Source of the DNA: Candidatus Cloacimonadales bacterium
Lineage (GTDB): Bacteria > Cloacimonadota > Cloacimonadia > Cloacimonadales > JAFGVF01
DNA: 64,000 bases
Direction: 5' to 3'
NCBI GenBank assembly: GCA_963678315.1
Contig: OY782781.1
Location: 2,144,001 to 2,208,000 of the forward strand
The notes below the pieces were generated by a model. The model was not told the origin of the DNA and searched no databases. It worked only from the letters and a program-made list of their open reading frames with translations. Below are positions 1 to 9,538 of this stretch, piece after piece. Both the position numbers and the translations under genes were made by a program. How positions within the stretch are numbered: position 1 is the stretch's first letter; every line of letters begins with the position of its first letter.

Positions 1-715
1 GTCCCGCAATATTGAAAGTTTTACTAGGAGCCATTGCTGTAATAGTAAAGTCAGAGAAATCTTCTAGCATTGAGATAGGTACATGCTTATTTCCCTTATA
101 AATTAAGTCATTATGGATTTCATCTGAGATGAGAATAACATTATGTTTCTTACACAAACGTCCAAGCTTGAGAAGTTCTTCTTCTTTCCATACTCTGCCT
201 ATTGGATTGTGAGGAGAACAGAATATCATGACTTTAGCATTAGCTAGCTTCTTATCTAAGTCTTCATAATCCATAGTATAATAACCATCTGTCTCTACAA
301 GCTCATTAATAAGCAACTCTCTATTATGATTACGTACAGCTTCACTAAAAGGAGCATAAACTGGTTGTTGGATTACAACTTTATCTCCTTCATTAGTAAG
401 TAATTTTATTAGGAAGTTTATTGCTGGAACAATACCTGGTGACATCTGTAGCCATTCTGACTTAATTGACCAATTATGTCTCTGCTCTACATAGTTTATA
501 AAATTAGTAAAATAATCAAAACCTTTGAAGTTATAGCCAAATATAGGATGGTCAATTCTTTGCTTGATATCTTCTATAATTTCAGGTGCAGTAGCAAAAT
601 CCATATCTGCCACCCAAAGAGCAAGCAGATCATCTCTACCATACATAATTTCCATTGCATCGTATTTAAAACATTTACTAGCTTTTCTGTTATATATCTT
701 ATCAAAATTATACAT
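1..715 (-). CDS. PatB/MalY-family PLP-dependent cystathionine beta-lyase/aminotransferase (3' end outside window)
   Basis: Manual minus-strand translation from ATG at 715: MYNFDKIYNRKASKCFKYD...APSKTFNIAG (PLP-lysine motif). Start overlaps the upstream stop (TAATG). Not in the ORF track. Confidence 0.88.
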   Translation of the reverse strand, partial: MYNFDKIYNRKASKCFKYDAMEIMYGRDDLLALWVADMDFATAPEIIEDIKQRIDHPIFGYNFKGFDYFTNFINYVEQRHNWSIKSEWLQMSPGIVPAINFLIKLLTNEGDKVVIQQPVYAPFSEAVRNHNRELLINELVETDGYYTMDYEDLDKKLANAKVMIFCSPHNPIGRVWKEEELLKLGRLCKKHNVILISDEIHNDLIYKGNKHVPISMLEDFSDFTITAMAPSKTFNIAG

Positions 716-2679
716 TATTTCTCCAAAGTGTTTATTGCTAATCCATATTCAATTCCAAAAGGATTAATTGCTAGTTGTTCAATCCCTAGTAATTTATTCC
801 AAGCTAAAATAGTTGAAATTGATATATATAGTATTTTTTTGTTTAGTTGGTTATTATCAATATCTGTATAAGTAAGTTCTTCATTACTATACATAATTGA
901 CATGAGCATTTTAGAAAGTTCATTTACATTGAAGTTCTGGACTTCTACTTCATTATAGAAGAAGTCACTATCTTTTAAAATACAATTAATATTCTGATAC
1001 ACTTTACCTATACCACAAGCAAGTTTTACAGTATGGTCTAATATACTGTGTTTTTGTAGTTTAAGTTCTAAATCATCATATATTTCTTTTTGTATATCAA
1101 GAAAGTCATCTGATTGCAATTTATTGTAGTAATAAAGAATACCAGATTGAATACTAATTTTATTTGTTATAGCCCTATTCTTTATTAGACATATTTCAGT
1201 GCTTGAACCTCCAATATCTATAGAATAGAGATTGTATTCTTTAGGCAAACTATTGATTGCTGAAAGACCTCCAAGCTCGGCTTCTAGAGAAGCGTGTATA
1301 AGAACAAGTTCTCTTCTCCAGAGCTCTCTAATCTTAGATTGCACAAGATAGAAGTTCTTGCATATTCTGCCTATATTTGTAGCAACTGCTTGTAATGGAA
1401 TATCTAATACTTGGCACAATTTAAACTGCCAATAACATTTCTCTATTGCTTTATCAATTGCTTGCTCCGTAAGTAAGTTGTCTTTCAAGCCTTTACCTAA
1501 AGCAGTGATAACAATACTTCTTAAGTGTGGTATAACATTATCTCCATCTAGTGAATAAATCATCAATGTTGAATTGTTTGTACCAAAATCCAATGTTGCC
1601 TTTAAGCTAGTGTATCTAGAAAAATAAGTCTTAATCATATCTAAGGCTATTTCTTCATTAGCAGGCTTAAATCTATCATATATTATCTTCTGTGGTATTT
1701 CATTAGGAAGGGTGATATCTAGCTTACCATTTTCAAGTTTGAAATGACTTGATTGAGGATAATGTACTAATTCTGATACTAAAGCATCATCTTCTGGAAA
1801 ATCATCTCTTGTTGCATAACAAAGATATGTTCCGTTGGAAGATACTTCGGCTAAGGTACTATATCCAACCTTAGTGATAACTACATCACAGGCGGATATT
1901 AGTGTTGAAAAGTCCACATCACGTGCTAGAATTTTAACATTAGATCTTACTTCAATATCAGCATTAGTTAAAAAGAAGTATCTATCATCTTGAGTAAGAT
2001 TATTAAAATAGCTAATATCGGATAGAATCCCTCCAAATGAGATTAATACTATAATTTTATCTTTAGGAATATTATATGAAGCACATAGCTCTTCTCTAGA
2101 ATAGTCTTTTATTTTAACAAGATTACCAAACTTAACAGGATTAGCCAAGACCTTAACACTTTCCGGAATTGAGAATGGTAATATATAAGATTTGTCTAAT
2201 CTACTATAAATATCTTCAATCTCCTTGAGTATTACTTTAAACTCATTATCTTCTTTTACAAGAGGCATTCCTCTATAGTTAAAATGCCAGTCAAAATTTG
2301 TTATTGCATATACTGGAATATCAAGTTCATTAGCCGCAATTATTGGTAAAATAGGGACATCTACGACTGCAAAATCTATCTTTTGTGAAGTCATAAAGTC
2401 TTTTTCCTGAGCTACAAAAGCATCTTTATCAGCCCAGAACTCTTTAAGTACTTTTATAGTTTTATCAACATCCGGACTTTTCCATGTTGTTTGAAACATT
2501 CCTGTGTCAGGTTGAATTTCTCTAAATTGAACAAGTCCTGATTCTTGTGGAAAAAGGAATCTTGGTCTATCTGAACAAATAACACACTCTATCCCGAATT
2601 TAATAAATTCATTTACTAATGCTGCTTGCCTACTTGCATGGCCAAAACCATGGGATGTTACATAAATTGCTACTTTCAT
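715..2679 (-). CDS. Fusion: GT-B glycosyltransferase-like N-terminal domain plus Ppx/GppA-like (ASKHA) C-terminal domain
   Basis: N-term YVTSHGFGHASR and VITKVGYSTLAE; C-term ATLDFGTNN and SIDIGGSSTE ASKHA phosphate motifs. Confidence 0.7.
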   Translation of the reverse strand: MKVAIYVTSHGFGHASRQAALVNEFIKFGIECVICSDRPRFLFPQESGLVQFREIQPDTGMFQTTWKSPDVDKTIKVLKEFWADKDAFVAQEKDFMTSQKIDFAVVDVPILPIIAANELDIPVYAITNFDWHFNYRGMPLVKEDNEFKVILKEIEDIYSRLDKSYILPFSIPESVKVLANPVKFGNLVKIKDYSREELCASYNIPKDKIIVLISFGGILSDISYFNNLTQDDRYFFLTNADIEVRSNVKILARDVDFSTLISACDVVITKVGYSTLAEVSSNGTYLCYATRDDFPEDDALVSELVHYPQSSHFKLENGKLDITLPNEIPQKIIYDRFKPANEEIALDMIKTYFSRYTSLKATLDFGTNNSTLMIYSLDGDNVIPHLRSIVITALGKGLKDNLLTEQAIDKAIEKCYWQFKLCQVLDIPLQAVATNIGRICKNFYLVQSKIRELWRRELVLIHASLEAELGGLSAINSLPKEYNLYSIDIGGSSTEICLIKNRAITNKISIQSGILYYYNKLQSDDFLDIQKEIYDDLELKLQKHSILDHTVKLACGIGKVYQNINCILKDSDFFYNEVEVQNFNVNELSKMLMSIMYSNEELTYTDIDNNQLNKKILYISISTILAWNKLLGIEQLAINPFGIEYGLAINTLEK

Positions 2680-2681
2680 TA

Positions 2682-3584
2682 TTATATCTTCTTTGCTATC
2701 TCACATGCTAGTATTACATTATTCTTAATCAATTCAATATTGCTATCTAAAGATTTACCTTTAGTAATCTCGTATAACTTGCTGAGTAAGTATGGTGTTA
2801 TGTCCTTGCCTGTAATTCCATCTCTGTCTGCATCAATTAAAGCTTCTTTGATAAATGGATCAATTATTTCAGAAGGAATCTCATTCTCAACAGGTATTGG
2901 ATTTGCTACTAAAATCCCAGAATCAAGGTCTAAAGATTCTTGAGTTCTGTATATTTCAGCTATTAAATCAACACTATCAACCCTTCTTACAGCTAATTCA
3001 GTTTGTCTTGTATAGAAAGCAGGGAAACTCTTTGTTTTATAACCTAGAACCGGAACATTATAGCTTTCTAGTACTTCTAAAGTCTTTGGTAAATCTAATA
3101 TTGCTTTAGCCCCTGCTGATACAACAATAACATTGTTTTCTTTTAATGAAACTAAATCTGCTGATGCATCTAAGCTATTATCGTATCCTCTATGAATACC
3201 TCCAATACCACCAGTGGCAAAGACTTTTAACCCTGCCAATTTAGCAAGTTTAGATGTTGCAGCAACTGTAGTTCCGCCAGTAAGTTTATTAGCCAAGCAG
3301 TAAGCAATATCTCTAACAGATACTTTCTCTACCTGGTCATCTTTAGCAATTTCTTCTAGTATATCTGAGTCTAAACCAATGTGGATTTGTCCATCGTATA
3401 AAGCAATAGTTGCAGGAGTTACTCCATTGTCTCTACAGATTTCTTCTAGCATTTTAGCAGTTTCTACATTTTGTGGGTATGGCATACCGTGTGTGATAAC
3501 TGTCGATTCTAATACTACAATAGGTAGTCCATCAAAAAGTGCATCCTGTACTTCTTCTGAGTAAGTGAAATATTGTGCTATCAT
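2682..3584 (-). CDS. psuG: Pseudouridine-5'-phosphate glycosidase
   Basis: LESTVITHGMPYPQN, FATGGIGGIHRG, SAGAKAILDLPKTLE, GKDITPYLL motifs. Confidence 0.95.
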   Translation of the reverse strand: MIAQYFTYSEEVQDALFDGLPIVVLESTVITHGMPYPQNVETAKMLEEICRDNGVTPATIALYDGQIHIGLDSDILEEIAKDDQVEKVSVRDIAYCLANKLTGGTTVAATSKLAKLAGLKVFATGGIGGIHRGYDNSLDASADLVSLKENNVIVVSAGAKAILDLPKTLEVLESYNVPVLGYKTKSFPAFYTRQTELAVRRVDSVDLIAEIYRTQESLDLDSGILVANPIPVENEIPSEIIDPFIKEALIDADRDGITGKDITPYLLSKLYEITKGKSLDSNIELIKNNVILACEIAKKI

Positions 3585-3587
3585 AGT

Positions 3588-6452
3588 CTACTTCCTACTA
3601 GTAATTTTCTTATTTGTGAAGATTTCATTGTCAATTAAAGCTCCCTTATCAACCTCTTCAAGACTTAAACCATTCCATTTAAGAATTACCCATGAATACT
3701 GAGTAAAGTTGAATATATTAGAAGGTGAGCCTATACTATTTTCATCATTCCATAGCCAGAAAGATACAGACTTATCTCTAGCAAAAGGACTTTCCATATT
3801 CATAATTAGAGAATATTCATCTTCATTATAGACTTTTCCTTTTACTTCGAAGAAACCTTCATCGAAAGCAAAACCTGGTATCATTCTTTCTGCAAAGAGA
3901 GGGAACAATGGGTTTTGAGTGTATTCTCCCATAAAGAGTAAGGATTCCTTTCTCCAGTCAACACTGTTGATTGCTTCGATTGGAAACATAGAAAGCTCAA
4001 CACCATTTTTCTTTAAAGTATTCGGTACAGAGTATATATCTTCAAAGTTGTCAGCTGATTTTTGAACTAGGCACAGAGGCTTATCTAAAAATGTTCTTCT
4101 TAATCTATAATTGTTCTCATAGGCAGATAATCTACGATACAGCTTATACTCTGGATCTAAAATTACCTCATCAGCTTCAAAAGCAAATTCTAAACTAGTT
4201 ATTTCTTTATTTATTCTGTGCTGAGCAACAATAAAATTCTCTTCGTTGATAAGTTTAACATCAAGTACAAAATCTTTTAATTTCTTATTGTTTTGGATAA
4301 TCTCTACTCTTGTCATACCATCTTTAACTACTGCACTTTTTACTAGCACATTTATAGGATAAATATCATCAATAAAGTTATTTAAATTAGGTAATTTAGT
4401 TAAGGAAGTAAGCTTAGTAAAGAACTCACGTCCTGATAAAGAGTTATTGTTATCAAGAATTGTATTTAAAGCATTGAAGAAGCCATATTCTCCAGCTTGA
4501 TCTTTAATATAGTATAAGAGCATAGCTCCAACTTTAAAGCCCATTATAGCGTCGAATTTACTTGTAGGAAGTTCAAAGTTGTATAAATCATAAAACTCAT
4601 CAAGTGGCATAGCTGTAATATCTTCTAAAGCATCTTTTCTCCACATGGGAGCTTCTGGAGCACGATTCTTTTCTAACCAATAATAATTAGAAATAAAGTT
4701 TGCTAATATTTCTGTCCAATTACCATCACTCTTATCCCATTGACATCTTGAATTAATCCACATTCTCGCTAAATCATGACCTAGAACACCTGGAGATGTA
4801 AATATCTCATTGCTTTTAAATACAGAATTATCAACTAGCAATACATTTTCATAATATTTAAAATCTCTATCTGCTGATTGCACAATGCTTAAATTATCAA
4901 AAGCAAAGGGACCAAAATAGCTAGTATAATCGTTAAAATATTGTTCTACAGCATATTCATATTCATCAATAAGAGCGAATTCATTCTCATAACAGAAGAT
5001 AGTTACTTTAGTATCTCCATACTGGAATGACTTTGATATATATAAATCACCTACTATTTTTAAGCTATTAACTTTGTTACTTGGTTTCCATGTATAATAA
5101 ATTGTATTGTTCTTGAAAGGAGAGATAGTTAAATTACCAGGAGCAATAAATTTATACTTATTTGGTGCAATAGCTGACACTTCAAAGTTGCTTTTTTCCC
5201 CTAATTTAATAAATGGATGCCATTGATATTCATCTAAAGCAATATATGTTATTTTGTTTTTAAGGAGAGGGTATTTATAAATATAAACAAGGGTAATATT
5301 CTTTACATCCATATTGATTAATAATTTGTTATATTCATCATTTAAATCAACTATGTCAAACTCAACTTCTTTCTTGTCTACAAGAACTTTAGCCACTGCT
5401 ATTTCTTTTGATAGGTAGATTGGTGAATCTCCAATATTATCTGAAAATGTGATTTCATCTGAAGCGTTAAGCAATCCTACATTAGGTTCTGGAATGAAAG
5501 ATATTTTATGTTTTAAAATAGACAAATCTTTCATATCTTCACCTTTATCGTCAGAAAATTCTTCAATAAAGAGACTGTCCTGTTTAATTACTATAGTGAA
5601 GTCTCCATGGCCTTTATAGGAAGTATGCCATTGGATGTCTTGATTATAATCTATATAAATGGGACTAATAATAGTCTTTTTTAAGAGAGGATTAAGATAT
5701 TGAAGCTTTTCTGGAATACCGTAGCCAAATCTAGAATGGAATGAACCATTTATATGAAAGATCTTGCTATTGTGGTGATACTCAAGAAAATCAAATATAC
5801 TTTCGGCCATAGTATCATCTTTCAGACAGTTTGCCTGAAACATTCTTTCTATTAGCAATTCTCTAGTCTGTGAATCAAACTCTAGCGTATCCTGGCTCAT
5901 AAGTTCAGATATAAAATTGCTTTTGTAAAGGTAGTTTATTGCATTAGTTTCTCTAGCAAGCAAATTGGATTCATAATCAGGTAAATTTTTAACAGATTCT
6001 AAGCCTTCTTTAATTACTTTGGCAACATACTTTCTTGGTAAACTTGTAGCTATAACTTTGATACTATCATTTTTAGCTATATTTACTAGAGGAGAATAAT
6101 CTGTAAGATAATTCTTCCATAATCTACTATTTGAGTCTAATTGTTCAAATGAATATTCACCATATATAAACTTATCTAAGGCATCTTGAGAATCACGTTC
6201 AAACATTTCCATAGCTAGTACAAAAGTAGAATCTATCTCTAATACTCTTTTAAATGTTTCTTGTTCAATATAATGCTGTAATGAATCACTATGGTTTTCA
6301 CCGAAGAATACAACATCACTATAAACAATTCTACTAGCGAGTTCATCAATAGTAATTTCATTACCCGTTGAGGAATCAAACATTTTGTATTCTTTACTAA
6401 ATAAGCATAATACCGACATTAAAACAGCAAGTAACACTAAAAATCTTTTCAT
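3588..6452 (-). CDS. Secreted ChaN-family domain fused to an M1-aminopeptidase-like domain with a degenerate zinc motif
   Basis: Signal peptide; VVFFGENH, LAMEMFER, KDDTMAESI, HINGSFHS; later VLGHDLARMW...NWTEILANF where HEXXH-x18-E is expected. Confidence 0.65.
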   Translation of the reverse strand: MKRFLVLLAVLMSVLCLFSKEYKMFDSSTGNEITIDELASRIVYSDVVFFGENHSDSLQHYIEQETFKRVLEIDSTFVLAMEMFERDSQDALDKFIYGEYSFEQLDSNSRLWKNYLTDYSPLVNIAKNDSIKVIATSLPRKYVAKVIKEGLESVKNLPDYESNLLARETNAINYLYKSNFISELMSQDTLEFDSQTRELLIERMFQANCLKDDTMAESIFDFLEYHHNSKIFHINGSFHSRFGYGIPEKLQYLNPLLKKTIISPIYIDYNQDIQWHTSYKGHGDFTIVIKQDSLFIEEFSDDKGEDMKDLSILKHKISFIPEPNVGLLNASDEITFSDNIGDSPIYLSKEIAVAKVLVDKKEVEFDIVDLNDEYNKLLINMDVKNITLVYIYKYPLLKNKITYIALDEYQWHPFIKLGEKSNFEVSAIAPNKYKFIAPGNLTISPFKNNTIYYTWKPSNKVNSLKIVGDLYISKSFQYGDTKVTIFCYENEFALIDEYEYAVEQYFNDYTSYFGPFAFDNLSIVQSADRDFKYYENVLLVDNSVFKSNEIFTSPGVLGHDLARMWINSRCQWDKSDGNWTEILANFISNYYWLEKNRAPEAPMWRKDALEDITAMPLDEFYDLYNFELPTSKFDAIMGFKVGAMLLYYIKDQAGEYGFFNALNTILDNNNSLSGREFFTKLTSLTKLPNLNNFIDDIYPINVLVKSAVVKDGMTRVEIIQNNKKLKDFVLDVKLINEENFIVAQHRINKEITSLEFAFEADEVILDPEYKLYRRLSAYENNYRLRRTFLDKPLCLVQKSADNFEDIYSVPNTLKKNGVELSMFPIEAINSVDWRKESLLFMGEYTQNPLFPLFAERMIPGFAFDEGFFEVKGKVYNEDEYSLIMNMESPFARDKSVSFWLWNDENSIGSPSNIFNFTQYSWVILKWNGLSLEEVDKGALIDNEIFTNKKITSRK

Positions 6453-6464
6453 TTACTATTTCCC

Positions 6465-7367
6465 TTACTTCTTTTCTTCTTCTCTTTCTATTATAATGAT
6501 AAAATCACCTAATGATTTATAGTCATCTTTCCAGATAAGTTCTTGACCTATCTCCATGGCAACTGGGGCAATTACAGCAACTTTCAAATGGTTGTTTAGC
6601 AGTTTTACTTTCTGAGCTGTTCCTAAGTGAGATGTAGAGTGAAACTCTCCATTGATATGTAAAACTTTTGCCTTAGGATTTTCTGCTAAATATTCTACTA
6701 TTGATTCAGCCATTGTATCATCTTTTAAACACTGAGCTTTGTAGAAATTCAATATCATTTGATCTTTCATTTTCATTCCATGAGTCTTCATTGATTGCAT
6801 GGTTTCATAGAAATTTACTTTATATTCATCATCTAATACTACAAGTTTATTAGCAACATACTTCTTTTCATCTTCAGAGATTCTATCCAATGCTTCTTGT
6901 CCTTGCATTGCTATAGAAGAAGCATATCTTCTTGGAACGTTTGCTGCTATCACATCATGTTTATTCTTGATTGCTATCTGTAGAAGTGGTTCATAATCTT
7001 CTTTGTGATTAGGCCATAATCTTGCTTTTTCAGAGAAAGTTTTATAATCAATTTTACCAGTAATATATTCATCTAGTTCTTGTTGATTGTCTCTCTCAAA
7101 CATTTCCATAGACAAAGCTAGCTTGTCACAATTCTTACTAAAAGATGAATAAATTTCTTCTTCTAAGCTATGCAATAAAACATCATCATGATATTCACCA
7201 AAAAAGATAACATCATAATCTTCAAATTGCTCAACAAGAGACTCAACATCTTCTATCTGTTTACCAGTTTTTGAATCATATATTCTATATTCTAAGCTGT
7301 TTACCGAACAGATAGACAATAAAATTACCATTACTACAATTATAATATTTGCATTCATATTATTCAC
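6465..7367 (-). CDS. ChaN-family (haem-binding/iron-regulated) exported protein
   Basis: VIFFGEYHDD, LSMEMFERD, AANVPRRYA, KDDTMAESI, HINGEFHS. Confidence 0.85.
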   Translation of the reverse strand: MNNMNANIIIVVMVILLSICSVNSLEYRIYDSKTGKQIEDVESLVEQFEDYDVIFFGEYHDDVLLHSLEEEIYSSFSKNCDKLALSMEMFERDNQQELDEYITGKIDYKTFSEKARLWPNHKEDYEPLLQIAIKNKHDVIAANVPRRYASSIAMQGQEALDRISEDEKKYVANKLVVLDDEYKVNFYETMQSMKTHGMKMKDQMILNFYKAQCLKDDTMAESIVEYLAENPKAKVLHINGEFHSTSHLGTAQKVKLLNNHLKVAVIAPVAMEIGQELIWKDDYKSLGDFIIIIEREEEKK

Positions 7368-7962
7368 CTCTTATTTTGTATTCAATTTTATTACTATTTT
7401 TCAATTCTTCTAAATAATCTATTAATTCGGAAGAATGATAATCTTTAATTTTTATAGTTAGTTCTACATTTGCTGAATATTGATAATCAATAATATCTAG
7501 TTCAAACTGACCAAGTCTGTGTTCTAAAATATTCTTAAAATCATAGCCTAAAGTAACTATGTAATAATTATAATCTACTAATTCTTCAAGGCCATTTAAT
7601 TCAATACCTTTTTCTACAGTTTCTCGATAGGCATCTATTAAGCCTCTAATTCCTAATTTAACTCCTCCAAAATATCTAGTAACTACTGCAACAACATTAG
7701 TTAGTTCAAAGTGATTTAGAGCATTTAGCATTGGTTTACCTGCAGTTCCAGAAGGTTCTCCATTATCAGATGAATGAGCGTATTCCCCACCCTTGCCTAC
7801 TACATAAGCCCAGCAGTTATGATTTGCTGTCTTGTGTTCTTTGCTAATGTCATGAATAAAGTCTTTAGCTTCTTCTGGACTTTCTATATATTTGAGATAG
7901 CAGATAAACCTACTTCTCTGTATCTTATGTTCAAAAACTTCTTCTTTTGATATTCTATTCAT
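7360..7962 (-). CDS. YigZ/IMPACT family protein
   Basis: ANHNCWAY, SDNGEPSGTAGKPML, VVTRYFGGVKLG. Confidence 0.92.
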   Translation of the reverse strand: MNRISKEEVFEHKIQRSRFICYLKYIESPEEAKDFIHDISKEHKTANHNCWAYVVGKGGEYAHSSDNGEPSGTAGKPMLNALNHFELTNVVAVVTRYFGGVKLGIRGLIDAYRETVEKGIELNGLEELVDYNYYIVTLGYDFKNILEHRLGQFELDIIDYQYSANVELTIKIKDYHSSELIDYLEELKNSNKIEYKIRGE

Positions 7963-8118
7963 ATTAGTTATTAAATTTCCTCTTATAACATATATTGATA
8001 AGGGGCTAAATTAGTCAATGATTAACACTATAAATTGAACACTGAATTCTTATGCTTTTGTGATAAATCGCTTTGTTTTGGTTAAATGCTGTAATTATTT
8101 AGCAAAAATCCTGTATGT

Positions 8119-8427
8119 CTAAGTCAGCATCTTTTCATTAACTGATTGTACTTTGCCTTTGATTCTATTTTGCTTAGAAGCCCTAAAATCTATTTTTATA
8201 GTTATTCCTATTCTTTCATATTCTGCACCGAATTTGTAGAATATTCTTCTAACAAGGTCCATAACATGGTCATATTTACCTTCTAGTACAGAACCCATTG
8301 GTGTTAAAAGGTGCTGAACTTTTTCATCAGCATTTATAACATCAAGAACTTGAGCTACAAATGGAGATAGGCTAGTTCCTATATCATAAGTTACTACTAC
8401 TAATTCACATATTATATTTGTATTCAT
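8119..8427 (-). CDS. MTH1187/thiamine-binding protein family
   Basis: SLSPFVA...HLLTPMGSVLEG...TIKIDFR...KVQSV pattern; probable start MNTNII at 8427 after AAGGA. Confidence 0.75.
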   Translation of the reverse strand: MNTNIICELVVVTYDIGTSLSPFVAQVLDVINADEKVQHLLTPMGSVLEGKYDHVMDLVRRIFYKFGAEYERIGITIKIDFRASKQNRIKGKVQSVNEKMLT

Positions 8428-8466
8428 TATACTTTTCCTTTTATTAATTATAAGGCATTGGTCAAG

Positions 8467-8503
8467 GTCCTCCTGCATTAAAAGGCTTCTTTATGCAGGG
8501 GAC
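8467..8503. terminator. Strong imperfect hairpin between the repeat array and the MTH1187-family gene
   Basis: GTCCTCCTGCATTAAAAG...CTTTATGCAGGGGAC inverted repeat. Confidence 0.4.
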
Positions 8504-8546
8504 GGTTAAGATCTAATAAGCTGATCTTACTAGAAGTATTCATCAC

Positions 8547-9455
8547 TTAGGTTGAACTCTGTTGATGCTTACGCTAAAGGCTACATCCAAATACAAGCAA
8601 GATGCTTGTACACCTAGAAAACTTTCGTAGCCAAGGATGGCTACAATCCACACAATCTGATGGAGTGTAAGCATCCACCGTTTAGGTTGAACTCTGTTCA
8701 TGTTTACGTAAAAGGCTAAACCCAAATAAGCAAGATGCTTATGCACCCAGAAAACCTTCGTAGCCAAGGATGGCTACAATCCATTTAATCTGATGGAGTG
8801 TAAGCATCCACCGTTTAGGTTGAACTCTGTTCATGTTTACGCTAAAGGCTACATCCAAATATAAGCAAGATGCTTGTACACCTAGAAAACTTTCGTAGCC
8901 AAGGATGGCTACAATCCACACAATCTGATGGAGTGTAAGCATCCACCGTTTAGGTTGAACTCTGTTCATGCTTACGCTAAAGGCTACATCCAAATACAAG
9001 CAAGATGCTTGCAACCCAAAAGACAATCGTAGCCAAGGATGGCTACAATCCATTTAATCTGATGGAGTGTAAGCATCCACCGCTTAGGTTGAACTCTGTT
9101 CATGCTTACGCTAAAGGCTACATCCAAATACAAGCAAGATGCTTGCAACCCAAAAGACAATCGTAGCCAAGGATGGCTACAATCCATTTAATCTGATGGA
9201 GTGTAAGCATCCACCGTTTAGCTTGAACTCTGTTCATGCTTACGCAAAAGGCTACATCCAAATACAAGCAAGATGCTTATGCACCCAGAAAACCTTCGTA
9301 GCCAAGGATGGCTACAATCCATTTAATCTGATGGAGTGTAAGCATCCACCGCTTAGGTTGAACTCTGTTCATGCTTACGCTAAAGGCTAAATCCAAATAC
9401 AAGCAAGATGCTTGCAACCCAAAAGACAATCGTAGCCAAGGATGGCTACAATCCA
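8547..9455. repeat. Tandem array of ~6.8 x 133-135 bp palindromic units (REP/BIME-like)
   Basis: Unit starts at 8547, 8682, 8815, 8950, 9084, 9218 and 9353; units contain hairpins CAAGCA-AGA-TGCTT(G) and GTAGCCA-AGGA-TGGCTAC. Confidence 0.92.
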
Positions 9456-9488
9456 TGAAAACAACTTACCAAGCCAAGAATGAGTATA

Positions 9489-9513
9489 CCAGAGTGCGGT
9501 TTAGACACTCTGG
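9489..9513 (-). terminator. Hairpin downstream of the oxidoreductase operon
   Basis: CCAGAGTG-N9-CACTCTGG. Confidence 0.5.
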
Positions 9514-9538
9514 CATTTAACTCTGTATTTAAATATTA

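Noticed and set aside
476..871. Plus-strand ORFs 476-871 and 564-767, and similar short antisense ORFs elsewhere (e.g. 63742-63948)
   Set aside because: They overlap well-supported genes on the opposite strand (patB-like, purH) and have no motifs or RBS.
8430..8545. TPP riboswitch upstream of the thiamine-binding-family gene
   Set aside because: A hairpin is present but the TPP consensus (UGAGA, CCUGAU...AAUGC...GCGUAGG) is absent.
8543..9390. ORFs of 67-104 aa inside the array
   Set aside because: Unit length varies (133-135 bp) and breaks the frame; these are repeat artefacts.
8547..9455. CRISPR or TIGR-type guide array
   Set aside because: Units are ~134 bp and nearly identical throughout. 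The variable segment recurs as three alleles rather than unique spacers, and no cas or Nop-domain gene is in the window.
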